Shown one piece after another: positions 47,286-56,857 of a stretch of DNA of 64,000 nucleotides. Each line of letters starts with the position of its first letter. Position 1 is the stretch's first letter. The translations under genes and the position numbers were made by a program. The notes beneath the pieces are model-generated. The model saw only the letters and a list, made by a program, of their open reading frames with translations. It was not told the origin of the DNA and did not search any database. The stretch comes from an uncultured Pseudomonadota bacterium (lineage in GTDB: Bacteria > Vulcanimicrobiota > Vulcanimicrobiia > Eremiobacterales > Eremiobacteraceae): NCBI GenBank assembly GCA_963736005.1, contig CAVTNB010000001.1, positions 1,056,001-1,120,000 on the forward strand, given 5' to 3'.

Positions 47286-48311
47286 ATGATGATGACCCTG
47301 CCAGAAAAGGAATCCGAAGGTCGGCTGCGACGCCTTGGTCGCCCGAATAAATTCGCGCAACTACATTTTGCGTTCGTGGCCCTCGCGCTGATCACCCTGG
47401 GCGCAGCCTATCCCGTCAAGACGATCGACTCGATCACTCTGCGCGACGCGCAGCGTCAGCGTGACATTCCACTGAAAATCTACTATCCGGCAGGTCAAAA
47501 GGATGTGCCGCTCATTATCTTTTCGCACGGCTATGGGGGCAATAAGGACGGTTACGTCTATTTAGGAGCAGGTTGGGCGAGTGCTGGCTATGCCGTTATT
47601 CTCCCTACGCACGAGGGTGGGGATCGCCAAGCGGCCATGGCCGGCGGCTACACAGCCATGTTTAAAGGAGAGTCGGTAGTGACTTCTTCGCAGCTGGACG
47701 ATAACGCGCACGACATCTCGTTTATCATTTCCTCGCTGCCCGATATCGAGCGACGCGCTCCGGAGCTGGATGGCGTCATCGACACGAAGCGGATCGGCGT
47801 TGCGGGCCACTCCATGGGTGCCGGTACGACGCTCGTTCTCGCGGGGGCCACGCTGCCTGGATCAAGCGCGCTCGCGAGCGACCCACGACCCCTCGCGTTC
47901 CTCGCCATATCGCCCCAGGGGATGTTTTCGAGCGCCGATGCGCATCGCTGGGATGGGATCGTGCGGCCCACCCTGACCCTCTACGGATCGAGCGACGAGG
48001 GCGAGCAGCATCAAGCGCCGAGTTGGCGTCTCGATCCGTTCGAGCATATGCCGCCCGGCAATAAATACAATCTCATCGTCGACGGCGCGAACCACTTTTC
48101 GTTTGCCGACGCAGCCAAGGCGCCCGCCGTCGCCGCGATGCTGGCGCACGGGCAGACGCGCGACATGAATCAAATTCATGACTATGTTGTCCGAACGACG
48201 TTAATCTTTTGGAATGCCTATTTAGGCAACGACAGCGCAGCGTTGGCGCAGTTGCGCTCCGGGCAACCACTCATTCCCGAAGAACCAATTGGCGCGCTAA
48301 GTGTAAAATAA
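47286..48311 (+). CDS. Secreted alpha/beta-hydrolase (chlorophyllase/PAF-acetylhydrolase-like)
   Basis: IIFSHGYGG, AGHSMGA, GANHFSF; REP-B in frame at 47340-47364. Confidence 0.85.
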   Translation: MMMTLPEKESEGRLRRLGRPNKFAQLHFAFVALALITLGAAYPVKTIDSITLRDAQRQRDIPLKIYYPAGQKDVPLIIFSHGYGGNKDGYVYLGAGWASAGYAVILPTHEGGDRQAAMAGGYTAMFKGESVVTSSQLDDNAHDISFIISSLPDIERRAPELDGVIDTKRIGVAGHSMGAGTTLVLAGATLPGSSALASDPRPLAFLAISPQGMFSSADAHRWDGIVRPTLTLYGSSDEGEQHQAPSWRLDPFEHMPPGNKYNLIVDGANHFSFADAAKAPAVAAMLAHGQTRDMNQIHDYVVRTTLIFWNAYLGNDSAALAQLRSGQPLIPEEPIGALSVK

Positions 48312-48326
48312 AGACGCGAGTTAAAA

Positions 48327-48380
48327 AGGGGCGATTTTCCAATCGCCCCCTACCAGGCGGACCTAAAGGTCCGCCGCTAC
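48327..48380 (-). repeat. REP family A (48327-48353) and family C (48356-48380) between convergent genes
   Basis: AGGGGCGATTTTCCAATCGCCCCCTAC and GGCGGACC-TAAA-GGTCCGCCG-CTAC. Confidence 0.9.
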
Positions 48381-48382
48381 AT

Positions 48383-48751
48383 TTACTTGCGCTGGTGGAG
48401 CATGAACGAGTTTCCCTCGGTGTCTTCAACCCCGATCATGTGGCAGACTTCGGATTCGAACGGCTCGTCGTCGAGAAACTTTACGTCGTGTTTGCGCAGC
48501 TCGGCTACTGCTTCCTTAAGATTGGGAACCGCGAAGAACACGCCGGCGCTGGGATGCCAGCTTCCGTCGCTCATCTTCCAGACGCCGAACGTCGCACCGT
48601 CGCCGAGCTCGAATTCTGCGCCTTGATCGCCTTCCCATGAGGGTTCCAGGCCGAGGATGTCCTTGTAAAACTTGGTCGCGCGTTTCGGATCTTTCACCAG
48701 GTAGGCGTGAATGTCAATCCCGGTCGCCTTAATGCCCGTGGCTGTCGCCAT
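48383..48751 (-). CDS. VOC/glyoxalase family protein
   Basis: VKDPKRATKFYKDILGL, FAVPNL, DTEGNSFMLH. Confidence 0.9.
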   Translation of the reverse strand: MATATGIKATGIDIHAYLVKDPKRATKFYKDILGLEPSWEGDQGAEFELGDGATFGVWKMSDGSWHPSAGVFFAVPNLKEAVAELRKHDVKFLDDEPFESEVCHMIGVEDTEGNSFMLHQRK

Positions 48752-48810
48752 GAGGATGCCTTCCTTTCAGATGTGCGTCTAAGGGATAACCCATCCTAGC
48801 GCATGAAAGG

Positions 48811-48825
48811 TGACACCTAATGTCA
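48811..48825. promoter_or_regulatory. Putative WYL-regulator operator TGACA-N5-TGTCA
   Basis: Perfect palindrome between divergent genes; TAGGAT -10-like hexamers at 48798-48793 (-) and 48835-48840 (+). Confidence 0.65.
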
Positions 48826-48849
48826 TATATTCCATAGGATACTGAAATC

Positions 48850-49794
48850 ATGAAATCTGGCCGTTTGCTCGCCATGCTGCTTCTGCTCCAAGCCAAGGGG
48901 CGGGCCTGCGCGCGTGAGCTGGCAGAGCAGTTAGAGGTTTCCAAGCGTACGGTCTATCGCGATCTTGATGCGCTCAGTTCGGCTGGCGTCCCCGTTCATG
49001 CCGAAAGGGGTGTTTCGGGCGGGATCGTCTTGGCTGACGGCTATCGCAAAGCGCTGACCCAGTTCAGCGAGGACGAATTGCGGGCTTTATTCATTTCAGG
49101 CGACAATCCGCTGGCCGACATTGGCTTGAGCGATAAACTACCGCTCGCGCTCGCAAAGCTGGTGGGTGCGCTGCCTGATGCGCAGCGCCGCGCCGTTGAG
49201 ATGGCTCGCCATCGAATCTACCTCGACCCCCGGCGCTGGAAGCAAGCGGCGCAACCACGAGAACATTTGGCCACCTTGAGGGTTGCAATTTGGGAAAACC
49301 GGCGGGTTGAACTTTATTACAAAGATCAAAATCGAGCGCAGACCGAGAGAGTGATCGAGCCCCTGGGCTTGGTCGCCAAAGCCGGTATCTGGTATCTCGT
49401 CGCGCGCTCTGGTTCGGAAATGCGGACCTTTCGAGCCGAGCGTATCATCAACGTCAAGGAACTCGACCAGCATTTCGAGCGACCCATCGATTTCGACTTG
49501 GTCGGATTCTGGCGCGAGTGGGCTCAAAAATTCGAAGAAAGCCTTCCGACGTACTCTGTCTTGCTGCGAGTACCGAGTGCTGCAATTGACGACGTAACGG
49601 CATACTGGGAATCGCAGGTGCTTGAGAGCAAAGCTCGATCGGAATCCTTACTGGTGAAAATCGTTTTTCCGGCGACTGAGGTTGCGGTGCATCAACTCGT
49701 CGCCTGGGGAAGAAAAGTCGAGATCGTAGAACCCCAGGAGCTTCGTGAACTCGTGCTGCAACGAGCGCGCGACGTTCTCGCGCATTACGCCTAG
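48850..49794 (+). CDS. YafY-family HTH-WYL-WCX transcriptional regulator
   Basis: ELAEQLEVSKRTVYRDLDAL; IEPLGLV...WYLVA...RTFRAERI. Confidence 0.93.
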   Translation: MKSGRLLAMLLLLQAKGRACARELAEQLEVSKRTVYRDLDALSSAGVPVHAERGVSGGIVLADGYRKALTQFSEDELRALFISGDNPLADIGLSDKLPLALAKLVGALPDAQRRAVEMARHRIYLDPRRWKQAAQPREHLATLRVAIWENRRVELYYKDQNRAQTERVIEPLGLVAKAGIWYLVARSGSEMRTFRAERIINVKELDQHFERPIDFDLVGFWREWAQKFEESLPTYSVLLRVPSAAIDDVTAYWESQVLESKARSESLLVKIVFPATEVAVHQLVAWGRKVEIVEPQELRELVLQRARDVLAHYA

Positions 49795-49835
49795 CAACAG
49801 GGTGTCCGCCGTTGCGGGCGAAGCTGCACGAATCT

Positions 49836-50960
49836 ATGAAATTGGCCTGGTTTTCTCTTTGCGCGGCGATCGCGCTTGCGACGGTCGGATTCTTCGCGCT
49901 TTCCACGGGTGGCGTGGGGGCGCCGAGTCCTGCTGCATCTGCCGCCGCGCAAGACACTCCCACTCCGCCGCTCACGATCTATGCTCGCGTTGGTAATCAG
50001 CACCCGAGCACGCTCGCTCCCCAGGGTCCGGGCTTGCTGCTCATGGGCGGTGGCGCCACGGTTGACTCTTCTTTCGTGTGGATGCACGACACGATCGTCG
50101 GTTCGCATTCCGTCCGGGGCGGCGATGTGGTCGTTCTGACGGCCTCCGAGGGAGATATCTACACCGCGTACATCATGCGGGTTGCCCCTTTCAATTCCGT
50201 GCGATCGATCAGCTTAGGCCCCGGGGCAACCAAAGCCGACCTCGAGCAAGCAGCTGACTATGTCGACCATGCTCAAGGCGTCTTCTTCTCAGGCGGCGAT
50301 CAATCGCACTACGTTCGATGGAAGGGCTCGCCGCTGATTGCCGCCGTCCAGCGCCTGTACGATCGCGGAGGTGTGGTTGGAGGCACGAGCGCTGGCCTGG
50401 CGATTCTGGGTGAGTATGCGTATGATTCGGTTGCGGCGGACGCAGCCGGTGGAGACGTCGAAGCCAGGACAACCAATGCGATGGCGGATCCGAGCGAACC
50501 AATCATAAGCTTCACCCACGATCTCTTCACCTTTCCGCCGCTGCGCCATATCATTACGGATACGCACTTGGTTCCTCGCAATCGACTGGGGCGGCTCATG
50601 GTGTTCCTCGCGCGTTTGCAAGAGCAATCCTCGAGCGATCTCATGGGTGTCGGTGTGAGTCAGGGGACGGCAATCGTTATTGACCGACATGGGATCGGCA
50701 CGCTCAAGCTGGAGCATCACCAAGGCGCCGCGTTGTTGGTTCGGTTGACTGAAGCGACGCCAATCGTTGCCGGAAAGCCCTTTATCGCCAAAAATATTCG
50801 CATCACGCTGCTCAATCGCGAAGGCGAACAGATTGATTTCAATACGTGGTGCGCCGCCGCACCCACGTACTTTGTGAGTGTTGACGGCCGGAAAGCACCG
50901 TTCTACAACCCGCCCGATCCCTACACTGCGCCGCCAAACGCTACGATTCCCAAATGTTAG
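49836..50960 (+). CDS. Secreted cyanophycinase-like peptidase (family S51)
   Basis: LLMGGG, FFSGGDQ, GGTSAG, ITDTH...RNRLGRL; signal peptide. Confidence 0.85.
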   Translation: MKLAWFSLCAAIALATVGFFALSTGGVGAPSPAASAAAQDTPTPPLTIYARVGNQHPSTLAPQGPGLLLMGGGATVDSSFVWMHDTIVGSHSVRGGDVVVLTASEGDIYTAYIMRVAPFNSVRSISLGPGATKADLEQAADYVDHAQGVFFSGGDQSHYVRWKGSPLIAAVQRLYDRGGVVGGTSAGLAILGEYAYDSVAADAAGGDVEARTTNAMADPSEPIISFTHDLFTFPPLRHIITDTHLVPRNRLGRLMVFLARLQEQSSSDLMGVGVSQGTAIVIDRHGIGTLKLEHHQGAALLVRLTEATPIVAGKPFIAKNIRITLLNREGEQIDFNTWCAAAPTYFVSVDGRKAPFYNPPDPYTAPPNATIPKC

Positions 50961-50985
50961 CGGGGACCTAAAGGTCCGCTGCTAC
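50960..50985 (-). repeat. REP family C between convergent genes
   Basis: GGACC-TAAA-GGTCCGCTG-CTAC. Confidence 0.85.
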
Positions 50986-50986
50986 A

Positions 50987-52918
50987 TTATTTGAGGTAGC
51001 GATCGAACCAAGCAAGCCAGCGTCTGTAGGCGTCTGCTTCTCGAGTAGGACCCTGAGGCAAGTGACCAGACGTGGGATACGCGTAAAATTCCACTGGGAC
51101 GCCATTGTCCTTTAGGGCGTGAAACATTTCGTATGATTCGACGATAGGCACGCGGACGTCGTAGACGTTGCATAGGATCAGCGTGGGCGTGTGAATGTTC
51201 TGATAGAACGTAATGGGAGACTGGCTACGCCACAATGTCAGCGCATTACCCTTATAAGGAGAGGACTGGGTGAACATAAGACGGTCGGCATCGATGTCGT
51301 CCGCAATGGAGTAGTCCACGACCAAATCGTTGACGGCGGCGCCTGCCACCGCGGCGCGCCAAATGTTGTAGTGACCTTCCAACCACGAGGTGAGTTGACC
51401 GCCATACGACCAGCCGGAAACCGCGATGCGCGATTCGTCAACGATGCCCATCCGTTCGACCGCGGCAATCCCCGCCATCACGTCTTGCCCTGGACCGGTG
51501 TTTGGATCGTTGAAGATCGCACGAAGGTAGGCATTTCCCAAATCGGTGCTACCCCGGTAATTCGGTGCGAATACAAGGTAGCCGTGGCTTGCAGCCAACT
51601 GGTAAAAATCTGAAAATGCCACCGTGGAGCTTTCATTGGGTCCTCCGTGGATGCGCAGCACAAGCGGGTAGCGGCGACCACGAATATAGTCGGGCGGATA
51701 CGTCAACACGCCGTCTTCCTCAAGACCGTCGGCTGATCGCCACGCGACACGAGTCACGCTGCCGAGCCGCAGCGTTGCGACAGGGTCATTGAACGAGGTC
51801 AGCCGCTGCGGCACCGGGCTGCCCGGCACGAGCACGTATAGCTCGTCCGGATGACGTTTTTGATCGCCGATGAACGCAATCGTGCCGTCTCGCGCGACGC
51901 TTCCCAACGATTGGATCTGCGCCGCCACGACCGTTCCCATCGGCAAGCGCCGGAAGCTCCCATCGACTCTTTGGAGCAACAGCGGCGCCTGCGTTCGATC
52001 GTCCACTTGCTCGAGCAAAGCGTTGCCTCTCGGCATCCAAGCAAGCGTGGAACCCTGACGATCGAGGGCGAGGGAGATGTCGCGGTCGTTTGCGCCGGCG
52101 GACTCTTGGAGCCACACATCGTCTTGATTCACTGGATCGCTAGCGCGCACGTGCAAGTACGCAATATGCGATCCATCCGGGGAATAGAGCGCTTGATCTT
52201 CATAACTCCGATGAGGCGTTGCGTAAGTGGATTCACCGGTCGCCACATTCAATCGGGCTGCGTACGCCAGATCGTGAAGACCGTGGACAGCTGGCGCGCA
52301 CTCGTACAAGATAAAACGCCCGTCCGGCGACCACGACAGCGGTGAATCGATGGCGCTGAGCGGACCCTGGGTGAGCCTGCGCTCTTGGCCGTGACGGTCT
52401 ACGATCCAAATGTGAAATGGGCGCGCTTCTTCCTCGGCGAGATATGCGTTGTCATCAACGCGGAACCCGTCGTCGTACGCTGCGGCTCCGCTTTTTGGAG
52501 CAACCTCATTCTGGCGCGTGAAGGCAATCGACATGCCGCGTGGATCCCACGCAATCTGCTCGACGCTTGAGCCGCCGCGTGTCGTTTCGACCTTGGTTCC
52601 GGAGATAGGATTGATAAGAAAGATCTGGCTTACACCGTTTGCGTCGTCGATAACTGCCGCAAGTTGAGAACCGTCGGGCGACCAGGCGAGATTGCCGATG
52701 GAGGTGTGACCTGCACTTGCGGAGCGCAGCTCCTTCGAACGCCGATCGTAGATCTCAAGCGTATCGTCATAGCGATTGCGATTCAAGTCGACGCGGGAAG
52801 CCACGAAGGCGATGCGTGCTCCATCTGGTGAGATGGTGGCGTTCGAGAGGCTCACCAACTGTTGAAGATCCTGGAGCGAGAACGTGGCGGAAGCGAACAA
52901 AATGATTAATGCAAGCAT
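50987..52918 (-). CDS. S9 family peptidase (acylaminoacyl/dipeptidyl aminopeptidase-like)
   Basis: WSPDG propeller repeats, IHGGP, NYRGS, GWSYGG, DVRVP, SGH; GAGGA RBS. Confidence 0.93.
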   Translation of the reverse strand: MLALIILFASATFSLQDLQQLVSLSNATISPDGARIAFVASRVDLNRNRYDDTLEIYDRRSKELRSASAGHTSIGNLAWSPDGSQLAAVIDDANGVSQIFLINPISGTKVETTRGGSSVEQIAWDPRGMSIAFTRQNEVAPKSGAAAYDDGFRVDDNAYLAEEEARPFHIWIVDRHGQERRLTQGPLSAIDSPLSWSPDGRFILYECAPAVHGLHDLAYAARLNVATGESTYATPHRSYEDQALYSPDGSHIAYLHVRASDPVNQDDVWLQESAGANDRDISLALDRQGSTLAWMPRGNALLEQVDDRTQAPLLLQRVDGSFRRLPMGTVVAAQIQSLGSVARDGTIAFIGDQKRHPDELYVLVPGSPVPQRLTSFNDPVATLRLGSVTRVAWRSADGLEEDGVLTYPPDYIRGRRYPLVLRIHGGPNESSTVAFSDFYQLAASHGYLVFAPNYRGSTDLGNAYLRAIFNDPNTGPGQDVMAGIAAVERMGIVDESRIAVSGWSYGGQLTSWLEGHYNIWRAAVAGAAVNDLVVDYSIADDIDADRLMFTQSSPYKGNALTLWRSQSPITFYQNIHTPTLILCNVYDVRVPIVESYEMFHALKDNGVPVEFYAYPTSGHLPQGPTREADAYRRWLAWFDRYLK

Positions 52919-52934
52919 TTCCTCTATTTTCAAG

Positions 52935-53030
52935 CGCGCGAATAAATCGCGTGACTACATTGGAATAAATTCGCGAGAGGGGCGATTTTCCAATCACCCC
53001 ACGTTCGTGGACCTAAAGGTCCGCTGCTAC
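52935..53030 (-). repeat. Mosaic REP cluster B, partial B, A, C
   Basis: B at 52935-52958, GAATAAATTCGCG at 52963-52975, A at 52978-53000, C at 53007-53030. Confidence 0.9.
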
Positions 53031-53031
53031 G

Positions 53032-56000
53032 TTACAATTTGAATTGGACCTGGAAGAACAGCTGCGTCGGAAGCGGCAGGTTGAAGGAGTTGACGTCTCC
53101 ATATGCAGGCGCGTAGGGAACTGAGAAGTACTGATTGAGCGGCACGCCGTTGGCCTTTGTGTCGTTAGGGCTGGCACCATTCCAAAAGTTGCTGATAAAG
53201 AACTTGTTGTATGCGTACCCACAGGCAAGACTATTGGGCGGGTATACCTTGGTCCATGGCTCTGAAGAGCCGCCAAAACAGCTATTCACTAGATTTACGA
53301 CACTGAGGTTGGCCGTGGTGCGCGGACTAATATCGTACTGCAGTTGCAAGCCCAGATTGAACTGCCACGGCTGTCGATACTGCCCGAAGGTGGGGAACGT
53401 ACCCGTGTAAGGACTCGGAATCCAAAGATAACCAGGTGTCGTGCCGCTGGCTCCAACTGCTGCCTTGCCGCAAGAAGTATAGTCTGCGGTCAGAGGATTG
53501 GACGCATCGGGAATTCCAAGCGTGCCCTGGTTGGCCGTGCATGTGCGGGGATCGAGTCCTTGGAAATCGCCCGGCGTACCGTAGAGTGCTCCCTCGTTGA
53601 GCGAAAAGGCAGGCGTCATCGAGAATTTGTCGTGGCGATAGCTCAGAACGGCGCTCAACGTGTTGGGCGAGATATACGGAAAGTCTAGCCCCGACGGATA
53701 CCAGCCGTTGCGGTCCAACAGCGGCTGTGGCGACATGTTGTAATAGGGATTCAAGATTGAGGTTGATGCGCACGATGGATCCGCCGTGCCAGTTCCAGTA
53801 TCGTCATAGCAGGGCGAACCGCCACCGGCCTTGGTCAGCATGTTGAAATTTTGAATATCTTCATTGTAGGGATCGACCGCATTCACGGAGGTGCCCGCAT
53901 AATTGTTCCATTTTTCTACGGAGTTTGTGTAGGTGTATGAAACTAGCCCAGAAAGACCGTTCTTGTTGAAGTCACCCTTCGTGAACTCAATCTCGAGGCC
54001 GACATTGCGCTCTGTGCCAGCATTAAACGACGGGGAAACGCCGAACAGCGTTGGGATGCTGATCGTCTCGTAGAGCTGATTGGTCGCCCAGCGGAAGAAC
54101 GGCGTCACCTTGATCGCCATGTCCGTGCCCGGAAATGCGCGCTCGTACGACGCGTCATAATTATTCGAGAACTGTGCCTGGGCGGCATGGAATGGCGTGT
54201 TATAGCCAAACTGAAGGAAGCCGATGAGCTCGGCGGCTAGATTCGGCTCGAGGCTGTTGTACTCGACTTCGTAGTTCTGCGGCTCTTGAGCGAATCTGCC
54301 CGCCGAGAAGCGAAGCACCGTATTCGAATTGAGCGTGTCGGTGAGCCCAAAGCGCGGCGAGAAGTACGACTGCGTGTAGTTTGCGGGGACCACATCGGAC
54401 AAAAGTATGTGTCCATTTTGTCCGTCAGGATGGACCGTCTGCACACCTCCGACCACCGGACACGTGAACGAGACGTAGGGGCTCACGCTGCCCAAAAATT
54501 GCGGCGGCTCCGGAACGATCACCGGCTGGAAGGTAACGGGGTTGTAGCAGAATTCTTTCTGCGCGGCAGCGTACCAGAAGTTCTTGTCGGGTGAGGCGAC
54601 CGGAGTGATGACATACTCGTCGCGGTCAAAGCGAAGGCTTGTCGTGATGTCGAGCTGTCCGTTGGGTTTCCAGTCGTCGCTCAGCGAAAAGTTGCCGAGT
54701 TCGGGCTTGATCGAGTTGATCTCGCCCTGGTTGCCCGTGAAGGTCAACCGCCAAGCCGCGCTTTGGGCGCAGGCTGGTGGAGGAATCGGGTCATTGGCCC
54801 CCCCCGCGCAGGTGACGTTTTCCGGATTTCCCAAGGTCGAGAGCCCGGTGGGGTCTCCGAAACTGCCTTGGGTGATTGGGTCGTTGCACGGCGCTACCTG
54901 GCCCGCGGTAACGTTGTCAACGCCATTAGCCAGCATCCCATCAGCCGCGGCAAAGCATTGCGTGCCGTTTGTCAGGTTGCTCACCTGCTGCCCTGAGCTG
55001 TTAAAATCGTTAAAGTTGTAGTAACGAAGAGTTCGCGACTCCAGATAATTCAGTGTCGCGACGAGCTCGTGCTTTGCGGATACTTGGTTTGCGTACTGAA
55101 GCTCACCACCGCGCGTATGCGCGTCCAGCTCGTAGTCAAAGTTTGTGCCGCCGAGATTTGCGCCGGAGATGCCATCTTGAATGGCGCCGCTGCGATTCGT
55201 ATTGGAGTAAAAAATGTAACCAAAGGCGCGCAAATAGGACGTGTCACTCATGTTGTCCTGGTATTGTGCCTTCACGACACTTGCTTGATCCCATCGGCCA
55301 TCGCGATAACCAAGAGGGAGGGGCGCGATGACGCCGTTCGGACAACTGCCGGGAACCCCCGACACATTGAGGCAGCGATCGGGTGGTGAACCCGGGAAGG
55401 CGTATCCGATAGGCGGCACGTTGGCGAGCCCGAGAAACGGTGTTCCCGCTGGATACGTGTAAAAATCAGGCCATTGCGGCGTACCCACGTATCCCTGCGT
55501 TATGAGCGCACCGAGTATCGGCTGGCCGTCACCTTGACTGCTGTAATATTGTTGAAATTGCGCAGAATTTGAGTACAGTAACTGGACGTCGTTCATCCCG
55601 CTGTCGTGCTTGTGCGGGATGCCGAAGTGAAAATTGTTTACGACCTCTCGACCTACGATGGCCGATGCATAGTCCGCGTTTGGCGAATAATAGCTGAAAC
55701 ATCCCGGGTCACTTGTGACAATCGATGTTGCGGGATTCGTATAGAGGTTGGGGTTATTCGGATTGCACGTAGGGTACACGGCAGGCCAAAATGGGAGGAA
55801 GGTCGTGACGTTATCAGGATAGGTTGACGGAAATTCATTGACTTGTTGGGCGCCGTTTGCGTTCGTGAGATAACGGAAGTCTTGATTGTAACCGCTTACC
55901 CCGACGTAGTATGAAAAGAGGTGGTTGTCGGTTGCACCTCCGGTTTCAAAGGAAAGGTCGTTGTACAACGCCGGAGAGCCGGCGCGAGCGGAGAGGTTTG

Positions 56001-56778
56001 TGAAACCGGGATACGTGCCAGACTTTACAACTTGGTTGATGAACCCGGCTAGCCCGGTTGCGTTGGAACTGGCGCTCCCGCCGCCAGTGTAGATCTGAAG
56101 CTCTTCTTGGCCGAGCGTCGACGCCGAATGCGAAGGGTAGTTGTCGAATGTTCGGTTCATAGGGACGCCGTCATACTCGTATCCGATTTGATCGTAATAC
56201 CCACCCCGTATATATACTGTCTGATTGACGCCCAATTGGTTCGGCGGCACAAACGCGCCTGGCATTGCGGCAATTGCGGAGTACGCATTATTGAGGCCCC
56301 CTCCACCACCCAGTGTCGAGGCGGCCGACGTCGTGGCCACATTGACCGAGTATACGTCAGTGGTGGTCCCGGGCCGTACGGGATTGAGCGAGGAACGCGA
56401 GATCACAAGGATCGTTCCCAGGCTTTTTGCGGCGGGCAACAACCGCAGAGCGACATTTTGGGACTGATCTGCGTAGACGCTAATGCCGGTGGTGCTGGCA
56501 GACTGATAACCATCCTTTGCCGCAGTCAGCGAATACGTGTCAGGAATCAGCGAGAGAAAAACGAATCTGCCCGAAGCATCTGTGTGCGCGGTCGAAGTCT
56601 GCGAGGGGCTCGCAGCCGTGACGTTTGCGTCTGCAATTGGCGCGCCGGTGTCGGCTGAAGAAACTTCGCCACCGAGCGTCCCGGTGGTTCCGGCTCGGGC
56701 AACGCCCGTATACGCCCCCAAAAGGACGCACGCGGCGCCCAAAATACTAATGAGCCTGCGCCCAAACCACTTGCACAT
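53032..56778 (-). CDS. TonB-dependent receptor-like outer-membrane protein, paralogue of 22931-26437
   Basis: GTTGTLGG...LIPDTYSLTAAKDGY, YIRGG...YEYDGVP, GFINQVVKSG, FSPRFG; C-terminal VQFKL; GGAGG RBS. Confidence 0.85.
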   Translation of the reverse strand: MCKWFGRRLISILGAACVLLGAYTGVARAGTTGTLGGEVSSADTGAPIADANVTAASPSQTSTAHTDASGRFVFLSLIPDTYSLTAAKDGYQSASTTGISVYADQSQNVALRLLPAAKSLGTILVISRSSLNPVRPGTTTDVYSVNVATTSAASTLGGGGGLNNAYSAIAAMPGAFVPPNQLGVNQTVYIRGGYYDQIGYEYDGVPMNRTFDNYPSHSASTLGQEELQIYTGGGSASSNATGLAGFINQVVKSGTYPGFTNLSARAGSPALYNDLSFETGGATDNHLFSYYVGVSGYNQDFRYLTNANGAQQVNEFPSTYPDNVTTFLPFWPAVYPTCNPNNPNLYTNPATSIVTSDPGCFSYYSPNADYASAIVGREVVNNFHFGIPHKHDSGMNDVQLLYSNSAQFQQYYSSQGDGQPILGALITQGYVGTPQWPDFYTYPAGTPFLGLANVPPIGYAFPGSPPDRCLNVSGVPGSCPNGVIAPLPLGYRDGRWDQASVVKAQYQDNMSDTSYLRAFGYIFYSNTNRSGAIQDGISGANLGGTNFDYELDAHTRGGELQYANQVSAKHELVATLNYLESRTLRYYNFNDFNSSGQQVSNLTNGTQCFAAADGMLANGVDNVTAGQVAPCNDPITQGSFGDPTGLSTLGNPENVTCAGGANDPIPPPACAQSAAWRLTFTGNQGEINSIKPELGNFSLSDDWKPNGQLDITTSLRFDRDEYVITPVASPDKNFWYAAAQKEFCYNPVTFQPVIVPEPPQFLGSVSPYVSFTCPVVGGVQTVHPDGQNGHILLSDVVPANYTQSYFSPRFGLTDTLNSNTVLRFSAGRFAQEPQNYEVEYNSLEPNLAAELIGFLQFGYNTPFHAAQAQFSNNYDASYERAFPGTDMAIKVTPFFRWATNQLYETISIPTLFGVSPSFNAGTERNVGLEIEFTKGDFNKNGLSGLVSYTYTNSVEKWNNYAGTSVNAVDPYNEDIQNFNMLTKAGGGSPCYDDTGTGTADPSCASTSILNPYYNMSPQPLLDRNGWYPSGLDFPYISPNTLSAVLSYRHDKFSMTPAFSLNEGALYGTPGDFQGLDPRTCTANQGTLGIPDASNPLTADYTSCGKAAVGASGTTPGYLWIPSPYTGTFPTFGQYRQPWQFNLGLQLQYDISPRTTANLSVVNLVNSCFGGSSEPWTKVYPPNSLACGYAYNKFFISNFWNGASPNDTKANGVPLNQYFSVPYAPAYGDVNSFNLPLPTQLFFQVQFKL

Positions 56779-56810
56779 GCTTGACCTCCAAGACTGCAGT
56801 CAAATACTAC

Positions 56811-56826
56811 GTTCCATTATAGGAAC
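56811..56826 (-). promoter_or_regulatory. -10 TATAAT flanked by a GTTCC/GGAAC inverted repeat
   Basis: GTTCC-ATTATA-GGAAC upstream of the receptor gene. Confidence 0.5.
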
Positions 56827-56857
56827 AAGAGGCGAACGTATCTATCCTGGAATTCCG

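Noticed and set aside
48850..49794. WYL protein as a marker of a defence island
   Set aside because: YafY-type architecture with a VOC neighbour; no defence genes nearby
452..53030. Palindromic 22-27-bp repeats as a possible CRISPR array
   Set aside because: Dispersed, no regular unique spacers, no cas genes; they fit GTAG REPs
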